Source: Candidatus Poribacteria bacterium
Lineage (GTDB): Bacteria; Poribacteria; WGA-4E; WGA-3G
Reading direction: 5' to 3'
Length of the DNA stretch: 64,000 nt
NCBI GenBank assembly: GCA_963663765.2
Contig: CAXXUA010000005.1
Location: forward strand, 1,280,001-1,344,000
In this document: one piece after another, positions 40,412 through 49,838 of the stretch
Layout of the letters: every line of letters starts with the position of its first letter
How positions within the stretch are numbered: the stretch's first letter is position 1
Made by a program: the position numbers and the translations under genes
The notes under the pieces: generated by a model
Seen by the model: the letters and a program-made list of their open reading frames with translations, nothing else
Database searches by the model: none
Told to the model about the DNA's origin: nothing

Positions 40412-40878
40412 TTCGGTACTCCTGTCAACATATTTTCTTCATTTTTTATACCATTTCTGTTTTCTTATACCCAAATAAAGTGATTTGTCCTGCTAAGTGA
40501 GCGGTTAGGAAATCTCACCTACCGCCAAAAAAAGATAAATCCTGTTAATTTGGAATTATAACATTTCAAAAAAATTGATGTCGTATTACAAGTTTTTGTG
40601 AGGTATAATCTAATGTGGCACAAACTAACAGTTTGTGCCACATAGAAGAGACACTATATATTAACAATGGTATTAGATGTCATTCGTGATTGATACCCAT
40701 TATGTAACACTATTTTTGTATGTACACAGAAACTCGTCTTACAATAGTACAGCATATCTCATAAATGTGATCTTGTTGAAATTCACAAAATCATGTGTCT
40801 GGTAAATCGGGTTTAGAAACCCCTCCTACCATTTATGAGATAAGTTGAAATTGAAATTGAAATATGGATAATGAATAA

Positions 40879-43644
40879 TCAATTTTCAGATTTTTCTTCA
40901 GACACTTCAGGAGTATCATTGGTTTCCGTGTCTTCAGAACTTTCAGTTTCTTCTTCAGAGGGTTCTGTTTCCGTATCTTCAGAACTTTCAGTTTCTTCTT
41001 CAGAGGGTTCTGTTTCCGTATCTTCAGAACTTTCAGTTTCTTCTTCAGAGGGTTCTGTTTCCGTATCTTCAGAACTTTCAATTTCTTCTTCAGATGTCTC
41101 GGGTTCATCGGTACTGTCAACAACCTGAGTAACTTCAGTTTCTTGTGAAACATCGTTGTTTTCAGTATCGTCTGCAACCTCAGTGGTTGTGGCAGCATCT
41201 TCAGAAACTTCTGTTTCTTGAGTGTTTTCAGTAGTTTCTTGACTTTCAGCATCCTGAGCATTAATTAGATTTTCAACATTGTTTTTTCCCATTTCCTGTT
41301 TGAGCAGAGCCCCCATAATGGTTTCCTCTTGTTCAACAGGTTTGGGTTGTCTCTGTTCGCGTTTTCGAACAGGCCGTTCACGTTGTTGTTGTCGTTGTCG
41401 TTCTTGTTGGTCCTGATTTGGGGTTGTTGCGCGTTCTTGGTCTGCGATAGCAGCTTTCAAACTTAAACCTATACGTCTACCCTTTGGATCAAGATTTATG
41501 ACTTTGACATCCAATTCATCTCCTACAGAAACGACCTCTTCTGGTCTTTCAATTCGTCTGTCTGCAATTTCAGAGATATGTATGAGTCCATCAATGCCTT
41601 CTTCAAGTTTTGTGAATGCGCCGAAACTAGTTAAATTGACGATCTTTCCACGAACGACAGACCCAACTTTATATTTTTCTGGTACTGTGTCCCATGGATC
41701 CGGTTGTGTTTGCTTTAGTCCTAATGAAACGCGTCGTTCTGAAGCATCAATTTGTAGGACAACGACTTCAACTTCATCGCCTTCTTTCAGCATTTCTTGT
41801 GGGTTACTGCCACGGTCAGTCCAAGATAGGTCTGAAGTATGAATGAGTCCATCAATTCCTTCTTCAATTTCAACAAATGCCCCAAAGTTGGTAAGGTTGC
41901 GAATACGTCCGGCAATCTTTGTTCCAACAGGATATTTTTGTTCTAATAGTTCCCATGGGTTTGGTTGTAATTGTTTAATTCCTAACGAAATCCGTTTATC
42001 CTCTTTTGAGATTTCAAGGACAATTGCTTCAATTTCATCACCTTTGCTTACGATTCGGGAGGGGGCAACGTTGCGACGGGTCCACGCCATTTCAGATACG
42101 TGGATCAATCCTTCAACAGCTTCTTCAAGTTGAACGAAGACACCGTAATTGACGATATTTACGACAGTTCCGCTAACTTGTGAGCCGATTGCGTATTTTT
42201 CTTCAACATTTTCCCAAGGATCATCTGTCTTTTGCTTCAAGCCTAAGGAGATTTTCTCGGTCTCTTTACCGATAGCGATGACTTGAACTTCAATTTCTTG
42301 ATCAATTTCAACAATTTCGGAGGGATGGTGTATACGTTTCCACGCCATATCGGTTTTATGTAATAACCCATCAACACCACCGAGGTCAACGAATGCTCCG
42401 AATGCGGTGATATTTTTGACGGTACCGGTTATGAGTTGACCGACTTCAAGCGTTCTCAGGACTTCTTCTTTTTTCTCTGCCATTTCAGCTTCTAACCATG
42501 CGCGGCGAGACAAAACGATGTTATGTCTGCGTTTGTTCATGCTGATGATCTTCATCTGAAACGTTTCACCGATGTACTGGTCAAGATTTTGTATAGGTCG
42601 TAATTCTACTTGTGATGCGGGTAAGAAACCTCGCAAAGTACCTATATAAACACGAAGTCCGCCTTTAATTCGTTCAGTTACCTCACCTTCAACGGGTGAA
42701 CCACTATCAAAAGCTTGGGATATCTCGTCCCAGATCAGTGTTTGATCCGCTATTTTCTTAGACAGGTTAATTTGTCCTTCTGAGTCTTCCCTATTTACGA
42801 TGAATACGTCAATTTCATCACCGACTTTTACTGTTGGCAAATCATTTTCATCTTTTTCAAACTCAGATGCGTGAATATACCCTTCAGATTTGAATCCGAT
42901 GTCAATCATGACTTCATCGCGGCTTACATCTACGACTGTTCCTTTGACGATTTCTCCATCAGTGAAGGCTTTGAGTGAATTGTCATAAGCTTCTTCAAGC
43001 GATTCTTGGCTCATGGTAGCATCTTGTTCATCAGAAGTTTCACCTTGTATTTCGGTAGTCTGAGGTGTTTCTTCAGATGTAACATCGGGTGTATCTGTAT
43101 CGACTGTTTGCTGTATTTCTTCAGAAGTGACATCGGGTGTGTCGGTTTCAGTTACTGATGATGGGGTATCTTCTTCGGATTCTGATGATGGGGTATCTTC
43201 TTCGGATTCAGTATCTGTTGTATCATTTTCGTTTGTAACAACTTCAACTGTTTCTTCAGATTCAGACTCAGATGTTTCGGTTTGGACCTCAACAGGATGG
43301 TTACTTTCCTCAGACTCAGCAGATTGGACAACTTCATCTGTTATTTCTGTCTGTACTACTTCTTCAGCTGCTTGTATCTCCTGTTCTGCATCGGTTTCTT
43401 GAGGAGATGATTCAGCTTCATTGCTTTCACCTTCTGTTTCCTGTTCTGCATCGGTTTCATGAGGAGATGATTCAGCTTCATTGCTTTCACCTTCTGTTTC
43501 CTCAGTGGGATCTTGGTCTTCGTGTGCTGATGTTCCTTGTTCGGTGACTTCTTCGTTTGCGACTTCAGTCGAATCCTCAACTTGTTGTTTTTCTTCTTCC
43601 ACTTCAACGGTGGAATCGTCTGTATGGGTATGTACGTTGATCAT
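40879..43644 (-). CDS. rpsA: 30S ribosomal protein S1 with long acidic N- and C-terminal extensions
   Basis: Six S1 repeats (IDIGFKSEG, GFLPASQ, FGAFVDLGGVDGLLH, EGLIHVSE, DGLIH x2) flanked by E/S/T-rich tails. Confidence 0.95.
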   Translation of the reverse strand: MINVHTHTDDSTVEVEEEKQQVEDSTEVANEEVTEQGTSAHEDQDPTEETEGESNEAESSPHETDAEQETEGESNEAESSPQETDAEQEIQAAEEVVQTEITDEVVQSAESEESNHPVEVQTETSESESEETVEVVTNENDTTDTESEEDTPSSESEEDTPSSVTETDTPDVTSEEIQQTVDTDTPDVTSEETPQTTEIQGETSDEQDATMSQESLEEAYDNSLKAFTDGEIVKGTVVDVSRDEVMIDIGFKSEGYIHASEFEKDENDLPTVKVGDEIDVFIVNREDSEGQINLSKKIADQTLIWDEISQAFDSGSPVEGEVTERIKGGLRVYIGTLRGFLPASQVELRPIQNLDQYIGETFQMKIISMNKRRHNIVLSRRAWLEAEMAEKKEEVLRTLEVGQLITGTVKNITAFGAFVDLGGVDGLLHKTDMAWKRIHHPSEIVEIDQEIEVQVIAIGKETEKISLGLKQKTDDPWENVEEKYAIGSQVSGTVVNIVNYGVFVQLEEAVEGLIHVSEMAWTRRNVAPSRIVSKGDEIEAIVLEISKEDKRISLGIKQLQPNPWELLEQKYPVGTKIAGRIRNLTNFGAFVEIEEGIDGLIHTSDLSWTDRGSNPQEMLKEGDEVEVVVLQIDASERRVSLGLKQTQPDPWDTVPEKYKVGSVVRGKIVNLTSFGAFTKLEEGIDGLIHISEIADRRIERPEEVVSVGDELDVKVINLDPKGRRIGLSLKAAIADQERATTPNQDQQERQRQQQRERPVRKREQRQPKPVEQEETIMGALLKQEMGKNNVENLINAQDAESQETTENTQETEVSEDAATTTEVADDTENNDVSQETEVTQVVDSTDEPETSEEEIESSEDTETEPSEEETESSEDTETEPSEEETESSEDTETEPSEEETESSEDTETNDTPEVSEEKSEN
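40922..41092. repeat. 45-bp coding tandem repeat (~4 x EPSEEETESSEDTET) in rpsA
   Basis: GTTTCCGT.TCTTCAGAACTTTCA recurs with period 45. Confidence 0.9.
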
Positions 43645-43874
43645 TAAGATGCCTGGTTCTGTTCAAAACGCAAAACAGCGTAATGTCCGCCAGTTCCTCC
43701 TTGTTGGACAGTGCTTCTGACACTTTCAAATCGGTTACTTAATAGTATATCACAATATAAGTTGAAATGCAACTATAATCTTTTTAGGGAGGATTATTCA
43801 GTATTAGGTATTTTAGCTGTTTCCTGAGAAAATCGGGGCAGGGAAATCAAGTAATCAAAGGAATGATGAAGATT

Positions 43875-44198
43875 CATTTATTAATTGGGTTATATATATT
43901 TTTCCACCGGTAGGCGTGCTTTGTAAGCGCGCTCTTGGGACCTGATGTGCCATTTATTAATTGGGTTATATATATTTTTCCACCGGTAGGCGTGCTTTGT
44001 AAGCGCGCTCTTGGGACCTGATGTGCCATTTATTAATTGGTTTATAAACATTTTTCCACCGGTAGGCGTGCTTTGTAAGCGCGCTCTTGGGACCTGATGT
44101 GCCATTTATTAATTGGGTTATATACATTTTTCCACCGGTAGGCGTGCTTTGTAAGCGCGCTCTTGGGACCTGATGTGCCAGCGCGCATACAAAGCACC
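43875..44198. repeat. 4 x 76-bp tandem repeat containing the MITE-A REP core, closed by an inverted REP arm
   Basis: Units start at 43875, 43951, 44027, 44103; core CGGTAGGCGTGCTTTGTAAGCGCGCT; AGCGCGCATACAAAGCAC follows the last unit. Confidence 0.92.
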
Positions 44199-44672
44199 AA
44201 ATCAAGTAATCAACGGTATGAATCATGGAGCATGCCACACGCGCATGCTGCTTAAGGTATTCCCCGCCTACCGTGGCTGGATTAGGAGAATTACACTAAG
44301 TATTTTTTATATTCATAATGCCTTTTGGTATTCTTCGGGTTGTTCCTACCGCGGGGTTTCTTTTTTTCAGAACATTAGGAAAACTAAATTACCTGGGATT
44401 TCTCACAATGTTTTTTATGAAGCGGGATTTACGCAGTTTTCTTGATTTAATCAAGTTGTAGGGTTATTTCTTTAAAATCACACCTAAGGGAAATATAAGA
44501 TTACCGAATTAGTAAATTAATCTTCATACAGTTTGATGCTCAAAATGTCCAAATAATTATATGCTTTACTAACAATCAAAACAAGCAATGCTAAGAGTGG
44601 TAGGAGTCTTATCCATTTAATCAGTATAATCTGTGATTCTAACAATTGAAAACCTCTGCATCAGAAATTGCG

Positions 44673-44701
44673 TTGACATGAGAGTGAACTTATAATAGAA
44701 T
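44673..44701 (+). promoter_or_regulatory. Putative sigma70 promoter
   Basis: TTGACA-17 bp-TAGAAT upstream of the PhyH gene. Confidence 0.55.
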
Positions 44702-44730
44702 ACCGCATAAATACTTTCAGGATATTCATT

Positions 44731-45603
44731 ATGGAACACTATTTAAAAATCCAAAAACCTGAACTGGGATACACTTACAAGTTTGAAATTGATCAACTTT
44801 CTGACATGTCTAAATGTTTAGAGGCGCATGGTTTTGCGATTATCAAAGACGTGCTACCTGATGAATTGGTCGAGAGCCTAAAACAAGCGGTTTTCAATGG
44901 CACAGACCCAAACAGAGAATTAGGGCATGGGCAGAGTCGCACCCGACACGCTTGGATAGAATCTGGTTCGGGAGCATGGCAACTACTGGAGTATGAGCGG
45001 TTCATGAAAATCCATAGGCACTTGATTGGCACTGATGCACTCACTGTACACCGTTCCGCTGCAATCATTCGGATGCCAGGGTCACATCCTGTTGCATGGC
45101 ATACCGATTGGTGTGGATTTTCGACAGACGCACCGAAAAATTCCGGTGATGTGCTGAACCGTGGCATGTGGCCATCAGGCAAATGGTTTTACATAACAGG
45201 TTCGCGTCCGGAACACGGTGGTTTATGTGTGATTGCGGATTCTCACGTTGAAAATTGGGAGGGTCCGGAAGGGTTTAACCTGACAGCAGACAAACGCTCA
45301 TTCTACAAAGTGGGTGGAGATGTGAAGGCATACACAGATTTTGATGTTCCTGGGTGTGTACCACTCTTTACGAATCCTGGTGATATGATTGTGTTTGCGC
45401 ACCGCACATATCATGCTGCATTTCCAAACCAGATTGATGAAATTCGGTTGTCGTGCGCTATCGGTTTTCGACGTCGAGATCACCACATTGAAATTCCGTG
45501 GGAAATACCGGACGTAGGTAAGCAGTTTTTAACGGATTTACCACCGCATCTGCACAAATATACATACGGATATACCAGTATTGATACGGCTTGGCGTGGA
45601 TAA
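44731..45603 (+). CDS. Phytanoyl-CoA dioxygenase (PhyH) family protein
   Basis: GFAIIKDVL, WHTD, GGLCVIADSH, PGDMIVF...YHA. Confidence 0.88.
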   Translation: MEHYLKIQKPELGYTYKFEIDQLSDMSKCLEAHGFAIIKDVLPDELVESLKQAVFNGTDPNRELGHGQSRTRHAWIESGSGAWQLLEYERFMKIHRHLIGTDALTVHRSAAIIRMPGSHPVAWHTDWCGFSTDAPKNSGDVLNRGMWPSGKWFYITGSRPEHGGLCVIADSHVENWEGPEGFNLTADKRSFYKVGGDVKAYTDFDVPGCVPLFTNPGDMIVFAHRTYHAAFPNQIDEIRLSCAIGFRRRDHHIEIPWEIPDVGKQFLTDLPPHLHKYTYGYTSIDTAWRG

Positions 45604-45609
45604 GTGTGT

Positions 45610-46155
45610 TTATTGTGTGGGATATGCAAAGAGTTGGCGATGTGCTTCATTTGGCGCGCCACTTTTGAGCCAAGAGATTGGTTGTTCTTCTGCTGTCTTA
45701 TCGGGATTAACCCAGACGATATTCTTTATTTCACTAACTTGTTTAGAAGTTAGTGCGAAAAGTGATCTAACGGTTTCGTCAAGTGAAACCACAGTTCTAT
45801 CAGATGCCAATGCTGCTGCCAGTAAGTGAAAGTCTTTGTTCATTGCGTCACTTGTATCATCTTTATCGGTTGTGTTTGTTATCTTGTTTTGAATTTCATT
45901 GAAATTTGGTGGAACAATACGTTCTACTTTTCGACGTGCATCCATTGACAATCTCCATCTACGAGCAAAGCTGGATTGATGTTTTTTCCATTCATCACTG
46001 ATTTTTTCTGTCATTACCACTTTATGGTTTTGTTCCCTCATGGTTTTTAGAAAATCACGACAGTTGATTGCACGGCTATCAGTTGCAGTGTCACTTCCAG
46101 AAGATTGGGCTACGTCAGCATCTATCACCAACCTTTTCGGATCTCTTTTTCTCAC
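45610..46155 (-). CDS. PIN-like domain protein
   Basis: LVIDADV at the N-terminus, E in DEW, KDFHLLAAAL, VSLDE acidic pattern. Confidence 0.6.
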   Translation of the reverse strand: MRKRDPKRLVIDADVAQSSGSDTATDSRAINCRDFLKTMREQNHKVVMTEKISDEWKKHQSSFARRWRLSMDARRKVERIVPPNFNEIQNKITNTTDKDDTSDAMNKDFHLLAAALASDRTVVSLDETVRSLFALTSKQVSEIKNIVWVNPDKTAEEQPISWLKSGAPNEAHRQLFAYPTQ

Positions 46156-46160
46156 TAATG

Positions 46161-47456
46161 TTACTCTTTTCCAAATCTAAGTTTGTCTACAGCATCAAGA
46201 TAACGACTTTGTGTATTTAGGTCAACATCATCAAAATCTTCAGGCCAATTTCCGTAAGCACCTGCATCATCTAAGTCGGTACTGCTTACTAGTGTAATAC
46301 CATTTTTGTCCCGTGAAAACCAGTGCAGCTTGACCAATTCTGGCGAGAGTTTTCCTTCTGCTACGAGAGTTTGAACACCTAATAGCAGTAGTGAACTATG
46401 CGTTTCAGCGACGACGCGTACACCGCGTTTTGCTGCATCGGCTAACACTTGTGCCAAAGCGACTTGTGCGCGAGGGTGAAGGTGGAGTTCTGGCTGTTCA
46501 AGATAGACTAACTGACCTGGTTTAGCTGCTATTAGTGCTACTAAAACAGGTAAAACTTGAGATACACCAAATCCTACATCTGCGATATTGACCATGTCCG
46601 TTTCGTTGGTGCTGGAAAGAGGTAAACGTCCAACCTGAACTTCAATACCGAAATCACCTATTTTTTGGGTTGATATTTTACTTGTTAATTCCAAAGTCTG
46701 AAGAGAATCGGTAACCTTTTTCAATCGTTTTTCATTAAATGATTGCCATTTGTGGATGAGGCTTGCCGCGTAATTTTCAAACGTACCAGGATACTTTGAT
46801 TCAGTGCTACTACTAGGATAAATGCGCTCAGGAATGTCATGTAATCCAGGGATGTGAATGGTGTCTAATATAAACTGCGCAAAACCAGAAGTAGTTTCGT
46901 AGAATTTACTGCTATTTCGCGATCCCAAATACAAAAAACAACGTGAACGCTTCACTACATCGATATCACTGAAAGACGAATCTTGAAAAGCCAACGATTT
47001 GATCTCTTCAGGTGGCATCCCTGTATACAAGGTAAAATTCTGAGGAGAAGATGGTTGATCAATCTCAAAATTTGTTTTTCTGGTCATTTCAACAATTTCA
47101 ATATCGTTTTTTCGTTTTCTGAAAGTTGTTCCTACAGAGATAAACATATCAGATAAACGGGTCTCAATCTTTACTTGAAAACGATCTGTGAGTACTTCAG
47201 TGTTTAATTTTGAGAGAAATTGCGCTGCTTCAGTAAATTTCACATTCGGTCCATCAATCTTTAACGGTCCTGGATCGTACGGTGCTTCCAAAGTCTGCTT
47301 CAACATCAAGAGTGGCTGCATGATGCTGGATTTCCCAGAACTGTTCGTACCAGCAAGGATTGTCAACGGACGTATATCAATCTCACACTCCTCCGCTATT
47401 GATTTGAAGCCTTTTACAGCAATCTTGGTAATACCTTTTATATTTTCTTTCGCCAT
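46161..47456 (-). CDS. ABC-type ATPase with DUF3696-like C-terminus
   Basis: KGFKSI, GTNSSGKSS, DVGFGVSQVLP, LEQPELHLHP, ETHS, G...NWPEDFDD. Confidence 0.85.
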   Translation of the reverse strand: MAKENIKGITKIAVKGFKSIAEECEIDIRPLTILAGTNSSGKSSIMQPLLMLKQTLEAPYDPGPLKIDGPNVKFTEAAQFLSKLNTEVLTDRFQVKIETRLSDMFISVGTTFRKRKNDIEIVEMTRKTNFEIDQPSSPQNFTLYTGMPPEEIKSLAFQDSSFSDIDVVKRSRCFLYLGSRNSSKFYETTSGFAQFILDTIHIPGLHDIPERIYPSSSTESKYPGTFENYAASLIHKWQSFNEKRLKKVTDSLQTLELTSKISTQKIGDFGIEVQVGRLPLSSTNETDMVNIADVGFGVSQVLPVLVALIAAKPGQLVYLEQPELHLHPRAQVALAQVLADAAKRGVRVVAETHSSLLLLGVQTLVAEGKLSPELVKLHWFSRDKNGITLVSSTDLDDAGAYGNWPEDFDDVDLNTQSRYLDAVDKLRFGKE

Positions 47457-47477
47457 GTGGTTTTGCTCCGGTTAATC

Positions 47478-48455
47478 CTATGAAACACCACCTGGATGTA
47501 GCACACCGTAAGGTAACCGTTCTCCCTTCAATCCAGCAAACAGGTTTTCCATTGCCATGGTAGCCATTTTCATACGGGTTTGAATAGTCGCACTTCCGAG
47601 ATGTGGTGCAATGAGTAGGTTATCCAACCCGAGTAGTGGGTGGTCGGTGTTAATTGGCTCAGGTTCTGTTACGTCAAGTGCAGCACCTGCAATCTGTCCA
47701 TCTTTGAGAGCGTGATACAGTGCGTCGTGGTCAACAACGGGACCTCTTGCGATATTGACAAGAATAGCGGTGGGTTTCATCATTTCAAATTCTGCTTTGC
47801 TGATCATATGTGATGTCTCATCTGTTAACGGGACATGCAATGTCACAAAGTCAGAAACCTTGAGCAGATGTTCTAACTCAGCGAATTCAATTCCAAGTTC
47901 TTCTTCCCAATCCGGTCTACGATTACGTTTGTTGTAAAGGACTTTCATATCAAAACCCAAAGCGCGTTTTGCGACTGCATAACCGATTCGTCCCATACCG
48001 ACGATACCAATGGTAGTGTGGTGTACATCGTACCCCCAAAGGATGTTCGGGTCGTAGTAGTGCCACTGCTTGTCAACTTGAACATGGTTGTATGCTGGGA
48101 CAACGTTGCGTGCTGCAGCCAGTAGTAGTGTCCATGTCATATCAGCGGTTGTGTCACTGAGAACTCCGGGTGTATGTCCGAGTGCGATACCGCGTTCTCG
48201 TGCTGCATCTACGTCCACATGGTCATAACCAACACCGACCACAGAGACAACTTTTAGGTTAGGTGAGGTGTCAAACATCTCGTCTGTGACAGGTTCGTGT
48301 CCGTAGGTCATTAACCCATCAAGAGGTGGAATCTTTTCAGCAATTGGCGGTAGAATTGCGCTTGTATGCCACATCTCAACGTCACATTCAGCTTGAATTT
48401 GGCCGAGAACTGCCTTAGGAATGGGTCGGGTGATAAAGATTTTTGGAATTGCCAT
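47478..48455 (-). CDS. D-glycerate dehydrogenase / glyoxylate reductase family
   Basis: MAIPKIFITR start, GVGYDHVD, TPGVL, GIVGMGRIG, NIARGPVVD, PHLGSAT. Confidence 0.9.
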   Translation of the reverse strand: MAIPKIFITRPIPKAVLGQIQAECDVEMWHTSAILPPIAEKIPPLDGLMTYGHEPVTDEMFDTSPNLKVVSVVGVGYDHVDVDAARERGIALGHTPGVLSDTTADMTWTLLLAAARNVVPAYNHVQVDKQWHYYDPNILWGYDVHHTTIGIVGMGRIGYAVAKRALGFDMKVLYNKRNRRPDWEEELGIEFAELEHLLKVSDFVTLHVPLTDETSHMISKAEFEMMKPTAILVNIARGPVVDHDALYHALKDGQIAGAALDVTEPEPINTDHPLLGLDNLLIAPHLGSATIQTRMKMATMAMENLFAGLKGERLPYGVLHPGGVS

Positions 48456-48486
48456 GGACGACCTCAGTGAAAAGGTTGCGGTATGG

Positions 48487-49833
48487 TTAGTTTCTTCTAT
48501 AGAATATACGGATGGGTGTTCCGTTAAACCCAAAAACACTACGTATATTATTTACCAGATACGCGGTATATGGTGGACGTATCCTATGTGTATTGCGTCC
48601 GAAAATCAGGAAAGTTGGTGGTTTTGACTCTACCTGAGTTATATATTTCAGAGCAGGACGCGTGCCTTTTACCCGTGGGGGTGGGTGTGCATTTCGCAAT
48701 TCCAACAGCAGATCGTTGAGTGCGGGGGTTGGAATACGGGTGCAATACTCGCGGTAGACCTCAAGTGCTACATCCAGTATTTTTGTGATACGTTGACCAG
48801 TGATAGCAGATACGAATATTTTGGGAACATAGTCTAATTGTGGGACTTGAGCTTGTATTTGGTGTACAAATTCACCGTATGTAGAGTTGTCCTTATCCAC
48901 TAAATCCCATTTATTTAGGACCATTACAGATGCTTTTCCGTTACGCGCAATGAAATTTGCGATTGTCTTATCTTGCGATGCTACTTCCTGGTTAACATCT
49001 AACACTAACGCAGCGATGTCACTTTGTCTGATACTATGGATTGCGCTTTGGACAGTTGCGGATTCAAGTTTATCCTTAATTGCCGATTTTCTTCGCATTC
49101 CAGCAGTGTCAACAAGTTCAAAAGTGATATTTTGATATTCAAATCTTATGTTGATAGCGTCCCGTGTTGTGCCGGGACGGTTGTCAACAATCATCCGTTC
49201 TTCACCGAGTAGGTTGTTTAGTAGCGATGATTTTCCAACGTTTGGACGACCCACAATAGCGATTTTGATTGGTGCGGAGGACGTTTCTTCAGACTCATCG
49301 GTTTCAGGGAGAATCTCTGCCACTTGGTCAAGGAGTTGGTGGATACCTAAATTCTGAACACATGAGGTCAAGACCGGTGCTTCCAATCCGAGTGCAAAGA
49401 AATCAGCAGTGTCCATCTCAATTTTTACACTGTCGGCTTTATTTGCTACAAGTAGGATCTGTTTTCCTGATGCGCGGAGTTTGTCTGCCACAACGTTATC
49501 GTGTGGCATAATGCCGGTGCGGGAATCGACTACAAACAGAATAAGTGATGACTCTGTTAATGCTTGGTCAACCTGCAACTGAACGTTATCAATGAGAGGA
49601 TCATCAGGGTCAACGTCAATGCCACCTGTATCTACGATTGTAAAGTTTTTATCGTTCCACTCGACATTTGCATAGTTTCGATCTCGTGTTACACCGGGAG
49701 TATCGTTGACAACTGCAAATTGTTTGCGGTGTGTTGAATTTGGTCGTGCGTCTGTGGCGATGCGGTTGAAGATTGAGGATTTTCCGACATTGGGTCTGCC
49801 GACAATAGCGACAATAGGAGGTTGGATTTGCAT
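48487..49833 (-). CDS. der: Ribosome biogenesis GTPase Der
   Basis: Two GRPNVGKSS G-domains, PGVTRD/PGTTRD, DTGG/DTAG, KH-like C-terminus. Confidence 0.96.
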   Translation of the reverse strand: MQIQPPIVAIVGRPNVGKSSIFNRIATDARPNSTHRKQFAVVNDTPGVTRDRNYANVEWNDKNFTIVDTGGIDVDPDDPLIDNVQLQVDQALTESSLILFVVDSRTGIMPHDNVVADKLRASGKQILLVANKADSVKIEMDTADFFALGLEAPVLTSCVQNLGIHQLLDQVAEILPETDESEETSSAPIKIAIVGRPNVGKSSLLNNLLGEERMIVDNRPGTTRDAINIRFEYQNITFELVDTAGMRRKSAIKDKLESATVQSAIHSIRQSDIAALVLDVNQEVASQDKTIANFIARNGKASVMVLNKWDLVDKDNSTYGEFVHQIQAQVPQLDYVPKIFVSAITGQRITKILDVALEVYREYCTRIPTPALNDLLLELRNAHPPPRVKGTRPALKYITQVESKPPTFLIFGRNTHRIRPPYTAYLVNNIRSVFGFNGTPIRIFYRRN

Positions 49834-49838
49834 CAGGG

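Noticed and set aside
40412-40870. SAM riboswitch upstream of metK
   Set aside because: No recognisable SAM-I/II core motifs by eye, only REP-like hairpins; an Infernal/Rfam scan would be decisive
40833-43607. Lys/Leu-rich and Ser-rich alternative-frame ORFs overlapping rpsA
   Set aside because: Shadow frames of the low-complexity acidic tails
43875-44198. Possible CRISPR array
   Set aside because: The whole 76-bp unit repeats with no unique spacers, and there are no cas genes
43890-44445. Short repetitive ORFs over the tandem array
   Set aside because: By-products of the 76-bp repeat, with no RBS or protein-like features
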